Source: an uncultured bacterium (GTDB lineage Bacteria > Ratteibacteria > UBA8468 > B48-G9 > JAFGKM01). Taken from it: a stretch of DNA of 31,445 nucleotides. This document shows, one piece after another, positions 10,046-18,451 of this stretch. The notes below the pieces were generated by a model that worked only from the letters and a program-made list of their open reading frames with translations, searched no databases and had not been told where the DNA came from. The first letter of the stretch is position 1. Every line of letters begins with the position of its first letter. The translations under genes were made by a program, and so were the position numbers. The DNA is taken from contig CAYORP010000218.1 in NCBI GenBank assembly GCA_964406415.1, positions 1 through 31,445 of the forward strand, given 5' to 3'.

Positions 10046-11761
10046 ATGGAAATTTACAAGATAGAGTCGAACAGGATAAGGATTGAGGTTGATAAAAAAG
10101 GTGATATAGTCAATCTGCTTGATAAAAAAGAAAAGATAAACTTTGTTAAAAAGAAAAATGTCTTTAGTAAAGGCGGGCTCCAGATATGGGTGAAGGAGGG
10201 AAGACTTGGTAGGGATGCGGGGGGGACTCTTTCCCATAAGTTTTCAGACATAACATTCAAAACCCCTACCATAAAGATTAAAGATTCCAATATATATATT
10301 GAGAAGAGAGAAAAAGAAGAGGTATTGAAGACATCTTATGATATAAATGATGAAGGAGTTGCAATCTTTGTCTCCCTCAAAAACAAAGGAAAGCCAAAAC
10401 TTCAACAGTTTGAGTTCTTTTTTAGCTGGGAACTACCTGCCAGGACAAATATCCTAATCCCTGTCGGAAATAGATATACAAATTATATTATCCCACCTTT
10501 CGGAAGGGTTGTAACAGAAAGGTTCAGGTTTTCCCCTGAGCCTGTTTATCTCATATTTGAAAATGGGAGCGGCCTAAAGATTGAGTTTTCACAACTTGGA
10601 ACATATGTAATATATAACAGAGGAAAGATGTGCGTCATAGGTGGCTACACAGATGCAAAACTGGTAAAAAAAGAGAGAAAACTGGAAGAGACTATAAAGA
10701 TAATGCCATATAAGAAGAAGATTTACACCCATCCGAGAGAAGAAAAGTTTGTCTTTCCTGAGGTTTCAGAGAACCCATGGTTTCAAAAAAGGCTGATACA
10801 TCTCTCACTTTATTATCAACGGGTTGACCTCCAATCTCTGTTTTTTGTTTTGAGAAACCTGAAAAAGATTGGATACAACGGAGTGGTTCTTGGGATTGGC
10901 AAAGGGATGAGGTATGAGAGTTATCCTCAGGTAAGTGAAGAATGGTCTTATACGAAAGCAGAAGTTATGGAGATAAAGAGGAGTCTTGAAGAGATGGGGA
11001 TGGAGATTATACCTGAGTTCCCCACACTGGGACATCAAAACGATACAAACCTTGCAAGGGTTGACCCATCCCTCGTTGAGGACCCTGAAAATCCATCAGT
11101 CTACTGCACCTCCAATCCCAAGACATATACGGTTATCTTTTCACTTCTTGAAGAAATAATAGAGATATTCAGACCAGGCTTTTTCCATCTTACACACGAT
11201 GAGGTTCAACACTGGTTCAGCAAAAGAAAGATGGGGATTTGTGAAAGGTGTAAAGACAAAAAACTATGGGAGATTTATTCAGAGGATGTGAACAAACTGC
11301 ATGAATTCTTGGATAGTAAAGGGATAAGGATGACCTTATGGGGAGATATGCTTCTTGACCACAGGAGATTCAAGATTTGTAACTGCAATGGAGCAGCAGG
11401 AAATATATACAAATCTATTGACCTTATCTCAAAAGATATACTTGTTTTTGACTGGCACTATCATTATTATAGAAGTTATCCATCACTTGACTATTTCAGA
11501 GATAAAGGTTTTGATGTCTTTCCTGCAATGAGTTTTTTTAGACCAGAGGCGGTTGCCTCCTTCACAAGGTATTCTAAAAAAACAGGGATAAGAGGAGGGG
11601 CGATTGAAACAACATGGGCTGTGCCGGTTGTTGAGGAACTGCCCCTTGAGAATATCTTCATTGCCTCACAACTCTTTCAGAACCCAAACCATAATATCAA
11701 AAAACTGAAAAAACAGGCATATCAATTCGCAATGCACATCTATGAGGAGGCTAAAAAATGA
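10046..11761 (+). CDS. GH20-family beta-N-acetylhexosaminidase-like protein with N-terminal beta-sandwich domain, no signal peptide
   Basis: IIPEFPTLGH, FFHLTHDE (catalytic DE pair, nt 11198-11203), WGDML, FDWHY, ETTW. No clear SD, so the exact start is uncertain. Confidence 0.82.
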   Translation: MEIYKIESNRIRIEVDKKGDIVNLLDKKEKINFVKKKNVFSKGGLQIWVKEGRLGRDAGGTLSHKFSDITFKTPTIKIKDSNIYIEKREKEEVLKTSYDINDEGVAIFVSLKNKGKPKLQQFEFFFSWELPARTNILIPVGNRYTNYIIPPFGRVVTERFRFSPEPVYLIFENGSGLKIEFSQLGTYVIYNRGKMCVIGGYTDAKLVKKERKLEETIKIMPYKKKIYTHPREEKFVFPEVSENPWFQKRLIHLSLYYQRVDLQSLFFVLRNLKKIGYNGVVLGIGKGMRYESYPQVSEEWSYTKAEVMEIKRSLEEMGMEIIPEFPTLGHQNDTNLARVDPSLVEDPENPSVYCTSNPKTYTVIFSLLEEIIEIFRPGFFHLTHDEVQHWFSKRKMGICERCKDKKLWEIYSEDVNKLHEFLDSKGIRMTLWGDMLLDHRRFKICNCNGAAGNIYKSIDLISKDILVFDWHYHYYRSYPSLDYFRDKGFDVFPAMSFFRPEAVASFTRYSKKTGIRGGAIETTWAVPVVEELPLENIFIASQLFQNPNHNIKKLKKQAYQFAMHIYEEAKK

Positions 11762-14745
11762 AAAAGGCAATTATGTTTTTCTTCATATTCAGTATCCTTT
11801 TATTTTCAAACAATGAGAACCCATTACTTGAAAAAGAAATCTTCCCTCTATCAAACCCCTCATTTGAAGAAAACCTGAAGGACTGGGGAGGAAACCCAAA
11901 AGACAACTATATGTTAATGTACACCTACGGAAACATCCCCTGCAAGATTGCCGAGGATGGATATGATGGTAAAAAGTCATTATATATGGAACTGAACAGG
12001 GATGGCGCTTCGTATCTATATAGAAGTTTTAAACTTAAAGTTGGGAAAAAGTATTATGTCAGTGCAAAGATTAAGACTGAAGGGAATATCTATGGAAGTG
12101 TAAGGGTTGTCTATGGAGCCAGTGGGGAACCTTCTTCTTCCTTGGTTTCGCCTGACAGCAAATGGGAGGAGGCGGGGGTGAGTTTTACCGGCACAAAGAA
12201 AGGACAACCTAAAGATGCTGACCCCTCTGATGCCTATTGCGAGATAAGACTGCAAGCCAGCGGCAAAGGGAAGATTTACTATGATGATATAAGAATCCAA
12301 GAATTGAAGGAGTATCAGCCATACTTAAGGGTAAAACTTCTGTCAGGCGAAGGGAAATACAGGATTAAGATATATTCAAAGGTTGGACCACCTAAGTGGT
12401 TTTTCTCAAAAGTCTTTTTTGCAAAAGAGGGGTTGCAGATTGGAGAGTTCTCACCATGGATAAATCTGGGAGAATTTGAAGAATTTAAGGGAAGAGGTAT
12501 TGCCTATACAGGGGTGATATTTGAAGGTCTCAGTAGTAAGAAGTTGGATGAGATAAAGGCTGAGATTGATTTTGCCTATATGCCCGATGAAAAAACAATA
12601 TTGAAGAGGTTTGTAAGGCAGGTGAAGGGCAACATAATAGGTATCTTTATACCCAAAGGTGAAAATACCCCGACATATTTTGTTGAGAATGTAAAACTTC
12701 TGAAGGATAATGCTGAAGAGAGAAACAGATTTGTCAGGTCTCTTAATCTACCATTTGTTGAACTGAAGCACTACTTTGTTGAAGCACATCTGAAAGGATA
12801 TGGCTCTTTCTTCTCTGACCCCGAGATAGTAGAAAAAGAGGTCAACACATTACGAACCATTGGGTTTAATGCCATTGATTCCCAGTATTCAGGACTTGCC
12901 ACAGTTTACAGGGAGACAGCAGAAAAAGAAGGGATATTTCAAACACATCATACAATGAGAAGGTTTAACCTGCCTTTTGATAAAGAGACAAAAACATTTG
13001 TCTTTGATATCAACAAGATAAAAGAAAACATTGAGGTTGAAGTGAATGACTGGGTTGAAAGACTAAAAAAGGATGACCCCAAACAAACAGTACCTATAAA
13101 ATTTGTGGACATTGGAGATGAGATAGCAGGTTCTGTCTTCGGCGGGCAGGGTTATGAAGATGGTTATAAAAGATATCTAAAAGAACACAGGGTCAAACCA
13201 TCTGAATTAGGACTTAAAGACTGGGATGAGGTAAAGACATATGGAACATGGAACTGGAGAGAGGCAAGGGGGAAAAGACCAGAAAATAGAAAAGACCTAA
13301 GTGCTTGCAGAAGTTATTACTGGACACTGAGATACTGGAATTATGCAAATTCAGAGGTTTACAGGATAATGACTGAAACACTTGAAAAACACCTTCCAGG
13401 TATAACAACGAGGGTTAATTTCGGTCCACCATGGCTATATGAATACTGTTCATATCTGAGAGGAGCAGAGATATGGGAGTTTGCAAGAAACAGAAGTGTA
13501 TCATCAATGTGGAATGAGGACTGGCTTAATACCTATGGATGGAGAGGGGGTGGTGGAATTCAGATGTGTGCCTTTCTTGTTGACCTCAGCAGGAGTTGTG
13601 CCCAAACCCGTGGACTTGAAACAGATGCCTATGTGATGCCTGAAGGGAAAGAAAATATACAACTAAAACTTGCATCCGTGATAGGGAAAGGTGCCAAGAA
13701 GATGGGTATCTACAGATACGGGCCTGCATATGCTTCTCCTGACAGTTGGTCAGAGAACAGCAGTATGGTTGAAGGGGTATCCACCTTTTTGAGAAAACTT
13801 GGAAAGACCGAAGATGTTTTATTCCCTGGAAAACCACCAAAATCTGATGTTGCTATTGTCTGGTCACAAAGCAATGATATATGGAGAGATACAAATGACA
13901 GTATTACAGACAGAACCCTTATATACCTTGCACTTCTTCACAGGCAGGTCCCGGTTGACTTCATAGATGAAAAAGGGATAGAGGAAGGGAAACTTAAAGA
14001 CTACAGGGTTGTCTATCTTGCTTCAGAGTATCTTAAAAGGGATGCTCAGGAAAGGATTGAGGAATGGGTGAGAGGTGGTGGATATTTATGGGTTGATGGA
14101 CTTGGAGGTACAGGTGATGAATATGGACAGAAAACAGATATCCTGCTTCCAGTCTACGGTATAAAGGTTAAAGATGTAGTAAAAAGGGAAGACAAAAAGT
14201 TAGAGCAACCACTTGGAAAGATTATTATTGGAGATTCTGATATTGAAACAACCAGTATAAGGGTCAACTTTTCTTTAATTCAGCCATCAGAGACAGAGAT
14301 AATTGGTAGATATGAAGATGGTCAGCCTGCGATAATTGAACATAGATATAAAAAGGGAAAGGTATTCTATGTTCCAACATATGCAGGGCTGGTTTATTCA
14401 ACACCTGTTGTGAGAATACGAGGGAAGATAGAGACCGGATACAGAGAAAGAGAGAGGAAGATAATAACTGACCTTGCCCTGAAAGATGGAATAAAAAGAC
14501 CGGTTGAATGCAGTGTTGATTGTGTTGAGGTTGATTTACTTGAAAGTGAGAAAGGGACGGGACTGGTGCTTGCTAACTATACAGGTGAGTCTCAAAAAGA
14601 GATAAAGATTAGGGTCAAAACAGACAAAAAGATAAGGTCAGTCTATTCAGCAACAACAGACAAGACAGTACAGTTCAAAAGCGACACAGGATATGTAGAA
14701 TTTAATATTCCACTTGAAATTGTTGACCTTATAACACTGAGATAG
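11758..14745 (+). CDS. Secreted clan GH-A / GH42-like glycoside hydrolase, paralog C (N-terminal CBM4/9-like domain)
   Basis: Signal-like N-terminus; LSNPSFEE...IYYDDIRI (CBM4/9-like); IGDE (E455) and MWNE (E587); VAIVWSQSNDIW...PVDFIDE...IEEWVRGGG trimerisation domain. ATGA overlap, GAGGAGG SD. Confidence 0.77.
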   Translation: MKKAIMFFFIFSILLFSNNENPLLEKEIFPLSNPSFEENLKDWGGNPKDNYMLMYTYGNIPCKIAEDGYDGKKSLYMELNRDGASYLYRSFKLKVGKKYYVSAKIKTEGNIYGSVRVVYGASGEPSSSLVSPDSKWEEAGVSFTGTKKGQPKDADPSDAYCEIRLQASGKGKIYYDDIRIQELKEYQPYLRVKLLSGEGKYRIKIYSKVGPPKWFFSKVFFAKEGLQIGEFSPWINLGEFEEFKGRGIAYTGVIFEGLSSKKLDEIKAEIDFAYMPDEKTILKRFVRQVKGNIIGIFIPKGENTPTYFVENVKLLKDNAEERNRFVRSLNLPFVELKHYFVEAHLKGYGSFFSDPEIVEKEVNTLRTIGFNAIDSQYSGLATVYRETAEKEGIFQTHHTMRRFNLPFDKETKTFVFDINKIKENIEVEVNDWVERLKKDDPKQTVPIKFVDIGDEIAGSVFGGQGYEDGYKRYLKEHRVKPSELGLKDWDEVKTYGTWNWREARGKRPENRKDLSACRSYYWTLRYWNYANSEVYRIMTETLEKHLPGITTRVNFGPPWLYEYCSYLRGAEIWEFARNRSVSSMWNEDWLNTYGWRGGGGIQMCAFLVDLSRSCAQTRGLETDAYVMPEGKENIQLKLASVIGKGAKKMGIYRYGPAYASPDSWSENSSMVEGVSTFLRKLGKTEDVLFPGKPPKSDVAIVWSQSNDIWRDTNDSITDRTLIYLALLHRQVPVDFIDEKGIEEGKLKDYRVVYLASEYLKRDAQERIEEWVRGGGYLWVDGLGGTGDEYGQKTDILLPVYGIKVKDVVKREDKKLEQPLGKIIIGDSDIETTSIRVNFSLIQPSETEIIGRYEDGQPAIIEHRYKKGKVFYVPTYAGLVYSTPVVRIRGKIETGYRERERKIITDLALKDGIKRPVECSVDCVEVDLLESEKGTGLVLANYTGESQKEIKIRVKTDKKIRSVYSATTDKTVQFKSDTGYVEFNIPLEIVDLITLR

Positions 14746-14753
14746 GGGGGGAT

Positions 14754-17219
14754 ATGAGAAGAACTATCTTGTTGTTGGTTCTGTTTCCTTTGCTGCTTTT
14801 TGGAGAGGACAACTGGTACTTAAGATATAAACCTATAAGTGATTTTAAAGATGGGGTCTATGCAGATGTAGGAGGGATAGCACATCAGTCACCATGGTTC
14901 CCAAACTTTGGTTCTCTTCCGCTTTCAGGAAAAGGTTATCCCTGGAGATGGACAAAAACAGACAGTTATTCACCATGGTTAAAGATAGAGAAAAAACAAC
15001 TTTCAAAAAGACTCCCTGCAACAATAATACTTTCCTTCCATTCAAAAGATGAGGTTAAAAATATAAAGGTGGAGATAGAGGTTTCAGAGAACAAGACTGA
15101 TATTCTGACCTCAAGAGAGATAACCGGTGATGGTAACCTCATTTCTTTTCTTCTACCACCCGACCTGAAAAAGGGTGATAGAATAGTTACTGTCCCTGAA
15201 AAGATAGATGAGTATTATAAACTCTCAAGAGAGATTTTCCCTGATACCTCTCCTGACCTGAAAAATTTCATTATGGCAACGGGGGTTTGCGGATATAGAA
15301 GGCTCTTTAGTTCTCCAGACCTTTTAATGAAACAGTATAAGACTATCAGACACTATGGTATAAATTCAACAGGATGGATTAATGAAAAATGGGGAGAGGC
15401 AGGATTCAGGTATACACGCCTTGTCGGTGGGACTCCCTATGGGAAGATATGGCAGCCTGACTTTGATAGACTTGTAAAAGAAGGGGTGGAAAACCTTTGC
15501 AAAAGATATAAAGAAAATCTGCAGATACAGGATAAGGTATATTCAGTTGTTCTTGCTGATGAACCAGGCCTTTTAAGACTGAAAGAGGAAGATGAAAATA
15601 TTCAGAAGGCATTCAGAGAATATCTCAGAGAAAGAGGTCTTAACCCGTCTGACTTTGGACTTTCAAAATGGGAAGAGGTAAAACCGGCCTTTTCAAGGAA
15701 CAAATTTGCAGAGATAGAACGTCTTTATACAGAGAGAGAGGTAAAAGCCGCCAAAAAACTGTATTTCCACAGCAAAAAGTTCCAGAGTTTCAGCACTCTC
15801 TATGCATTTAAGAAACCGACAGAGATAATTTCAGAATACCTACCAGATAAAGCAAAGACATACATAAATTTCACTCCCCATCCAATGATTGGAGGAGGTA
15901 TGCTTTCAAGCAACTCCCCTGACTGGATTGAAGCAGGAAGAATACATGCAACAACAATGCCATGGTCTGAAGACTGGCTTGGAAGCAGTGGATGGGTTGC
16001 AATGAGCCTTGAATATACGGGATTTATAGCGGATATACTCAGAGGTGCGGCGAGGTATCATAATGACCCCGTAGGATTCTACATAATCCCTTCAGGTAAT
16101 TTCCCTACACTCCAAAAGTCATTCTCAGTTCTCGGCAGGGGGATAAAGATAATTGATTTCTTTGACTATGGTCCCCTGATATGCTCAACAGAGAACCACT
16201 TTTCAGATAATCATGAAAGCCTCAAAGGAGTAGGAATGTTTACAAGACTCATCTCAAAGATAGATGATGACTTCCCTGATGCAAGACTTATTACAAATCC
16301 TGTCGCAATCCTATGGTCAACATCAAGTGAGATATGGAAGGATGACAATGTCTCTCACACAGAGAATATGATGCTATGGCTTGCTCTTGATAGAAACCAG
16401 ATTATCCCTGATTTCATTGAAGAAGAAGATATAGAAGGTGAAGATATCTCAAACTATAAAGTGATTTATGCCACAGGTAAAAACATTACAGAGAAGGCAA
16501 CTGAAAAACTACTCGGGTGGGTTAAAAACGGAGGGGTTCTATGGTTGGAGGCAGGGTTTGGAATGTATAACGAGTATAACAGAGATAACAGTCGCCTCCG
16601 TGAGATCACAGGATTTCTACCAGAAAACCTTATCAAAAAAGACGCAGATAGATTTAACTGGAGAAGTTTAGCATCTCCACCTGTGATAGATAGTGTGAGT
16701 GGTAACGGACTTCAAGAGGTCCCCACAATTGCTTATAAACAGAAGATAGAGACAACAAAGGGCATCGTTGCAGCCTTTTCAGATAATACGCCCGCACTCG
16801 TTGAAAAGGAATATGGGAAAGGGACAATCTTCATCTCCTGTTTTATGCCGGGGCTATCCTATGGCTCAACAACAAACAAGTGGGAGAATAAAAATTTTGC
16901 TACATCTTTTAACGAAAAGATATTTGAGTGGCTGTATATACCTATCGCAAAGTCAGGTTATAAAAAGCAGGTCACTGTCAGTAAACCAGGTGTGCAGACA
17001 ACCATTCTAAAGAGTCCTGAAAAAACATACGTTGTGCTTGTGAATTATTGTAAGGACACTGAAAAAGGGGAGATTGATAACCTTGCGGTTGGTATACCGG
17101 GGATTAAAAACTATAAAAGGATATGGACTGTTCAGGATAAAAAGTTGAACATCTCCAAAAAGAATGGAGTTGAGATTGTATTACCACTTGATACCGCAGA
17201 TGTTATAGTTATAGAGTGA
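14754..17219 (+). CDS. Secreted clan GH-A / GH42-like glycoside hydrolase, paralog D (no N-terminal CBM)
   Basis: Signal peptide; LADE (E270) and PWSE (E406); VAILWSTSSEIW...PDFIEE...LLGWVKNGG trimerisation domain. Confidence 0.77.
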   Translation: MRRTILLLVLFPLLLFGEDNWYLRYKPISDFKDGVYADVGGIAHQSPWFPNFGSLPLSGKGYPWRWTKTDSYSPWLKIEKKQLSKRLPATIILSFHSKDEVKNIKVEIEVSENKTDILTSREITGDGNLISFLLPPDLKKGDRIVTVPEKIDEYYKLSREIFPDTSPDLKNFIMATGVCGYRRLFSSPDLLMKQYKTIRHYGINSTGWINEKWGEAGFRYTRLVGGTPYGKIWQPDFDRLVKEGVENLCKRYKENLQIQDKVYSVVLADEPGLLRLKEEDENIQKAFREYLRERGLNPSDFGLSKWEEVKPAFSRNKFAEIERLYTEREVKAAKKLYFHSKKFQSFSTLYAFKKPTEIISEYLPDKAKTYINFTPHPMIGGGMLSSNSPDWIEAGRIHATTMPWSEDWLGSSGWVAMSLEYTGFIADILRGAARYHNDPVGFYIIPSGNFPTLQKSFSVLGRGIKIIDFFDYGPLICSTENHFSDNHESLKGVGMFTRLISKIDDDFPDARLITNPVAILWSTSSEIWKDDNVSHTENMMLWLALDRNQIIPDFIEEEDIEGEDISNYKVIYATGKNITEKATEKLLGWVKNGGVLWLEAGFGMYNEYNRDNSRLREITGFLPENLIKKDADRFNWRSLASPPVIDSVSGNGLQEVPTIAYKQKIETTKGIVAAFSDNTPALVEKEYGKGTIFISCFMPGLSYGSTTNKWENKNFATSFNEKIFEWLYIPIAKSGYKKQVTVSKPGVQTTILKSPEKTYVVLVNYCKDTEKGEIDNLAVGIPGIKNYKRIWTVQDKKLNISKKNGVEIVLPLDTADVIVIE

Positions 17220-17226
17220 GTCATAA

Positions 17227-18270
17227 TCATATATTCAGGATATTTTTGATAACTGGAAATAGACCTTCCGCCATCCTCATAAACCCAAGGTCGGTAGGAT
17301 GAACACCATCAACAGTGCATTCATAGAAGTCTTTACCGAGTAGTTCGTATCCATCCTTAAAGTACATATTTTTATCACCTCCACTTCTTAATTTCTTAAC
17401 AAGTTCAATCGTAAATTTCTTCCTGTCTCTCTGTGCCTTCTTAACCTCTGCATCAAAAATTTCAGCAGAATAAGGAATGTGGGAAATTACAAGTATAGGT
17501 ATTTTGGGCTGCGCCTTTCTTAAAATCCTTATAAATTGTGGCAGAGTTTTCCTGTAATACTTAAGCCCCCCGGAGTTTCCTTCATAATCAAGGATATACA
17601 AGACTGGAAAGCCAATCTGTGTTATAATCCTTGCCATTTCAGGTTCGCCTCTTCCACTCCCGGAAAATCCGAGGTTTATAAACTCAATCCCCAGCCACCT
17701 GCTCAGAATATTTGTATACGCCATCCCAGGTCGTGACGCGCATCCGCCCTGTGTAATAGAGGTCCCATAAACGATAATCTTCCCGGCTACTCTGAAGATT
17801 TCCGGCGGCAGGATACTGCTTCCCTCTTCAAGCCCAATAGATACCTTTTTAACTCCATTATAAAGAGGAAAATTCAGTGTGACATCTCTCAGTCTTCTCT
17901 TTTTATCTTTAAATTCAAAGAAGGTAAACTCGTACATTCTTCTTGAAACTGGGAAAAACTTTGTCGTTTTCAGATACCTGTAGTTCCCAAAACTACCGAT
18001 ATAACAGTCAAAACCACTCTGCCCTGTTGCTGGCATATAGGGAATATCTGACTTCCCAGAAAGTAGAACCTTTATTCTTAAAAGATTAGAATCAGTTTTA
18101 AACCTTATTTGAGAACCGGCAGTGCAATCCGCAAGTTTATCCACAACCTCTGAGACTCTATAAGACGGTTTTACAAGCAGTCTTCTATAGACCCTTTCCT
18201 TTTCAAACCATGCAAGCCCGCATATCTCAAAAACACCTTCCTTAGGGTTATGCCATATCAATCTTTTCAT
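17227..18270 (-). CDS. SGNH/GDSL esterase with N-terminal GxDLY-type domain
   Basis: SGFDCY (GxDLY-like), YGTSITQG (catalytic Ser block), GFSG, DYEGN, DGVHPTDLG (intact D-x-x-H). AGAGGAG SD on the minus strand. Confidence 0.9.
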   Translation of the reverse strand: MKRLIWHNPKEGVFEICGLAWFEKERVYRRLLVKPSYRVSEVVDKLADCTAGSQIRFKTDSNLLRIKVLLSGKSDIPYMPATGQSGFDCYIGSFGNYRYLKTTKFFPVSRRMYEFTFFEFKDKKRRLRDVTLNFPLYNGVKKVSIGLEEGSSILPPEIFRVAGKIIVYGTSITQGGCASRPGMAYTNILSRWLGIEFINLGFSGSGRGEPEMARIITQIGFPVLYILDYEGNSGGLKYYRKTLPQFIRILRKAQPKIPILVISHIPYSAEIFDAEVKKAQRDRKKFTIELVKKLRSGGDKNMYFKDGYELLGKDFYECTVDGVHPTDLGFMRMAEGLFPVIKNILNI

Positions 18271-18301
18271 GTTTTCTCTCCTCTTTGGAAACCTGTCACC
18301 T

Positions 18302-18330
18302 ATTTTACCATCTTATAGATAGATTCCCAA
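18302..18330 (-). promoter_or_regulatory. Candidate sigma70-type promoter for the SGNH gene (extended -10)
   Basis: Minus strand reads TTGGGA, 17 bp, TAAAAT with TGn extension (TGGTAAAAT). Confidence 0.55.
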
Positions 18331-18368
18331 TAAAGAGATGTTCTCTCCTTTGCCTGGGTAGAAATCAG

Positions 18369-18384
18369 TACACCTACAGGTGCA
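18369..18384. promoter_or_regulatory. Palindromic candidate operator CACCT-AC-AGGTG between the divergent promoters
   Basis: Perfect 5-bp arms at 18371-18375 and 18378-18382, extendable with one mismatch to TACACCTACAGGTGCA, just upstream of the + strand -35 box. Confidence 0.4.
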
Positions 18385-18390
18385 ATTTTT

Positions 18391-18419
18391 TTGACAGGGA
18401 AACTTAAAAGTTTTAAAGT
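18391..18419 (+). promoter_or_regulatory. Candidate sigma70-type promoter for the C45/GH106-like pair
   Basis: Perfect TTGACA (18391-18396), 17 bp, TAAAGT (18414-18419). Confidence 0.6.
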
Positions 18420-18451
18420 AAATGGGAAAAACTAAATCGTTTAACTGAGAT

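Noticed and set aside
10034-18448. In-frame TGA codons upstream of the GH20 and C45 starts as a sign of TGA recoding
   Set aside because: TGA is clearly a stop here (7776, 9056, 11761, 17219, 22865, 28797, several in ATGA overlaps), and no long ORF needs readthrough.
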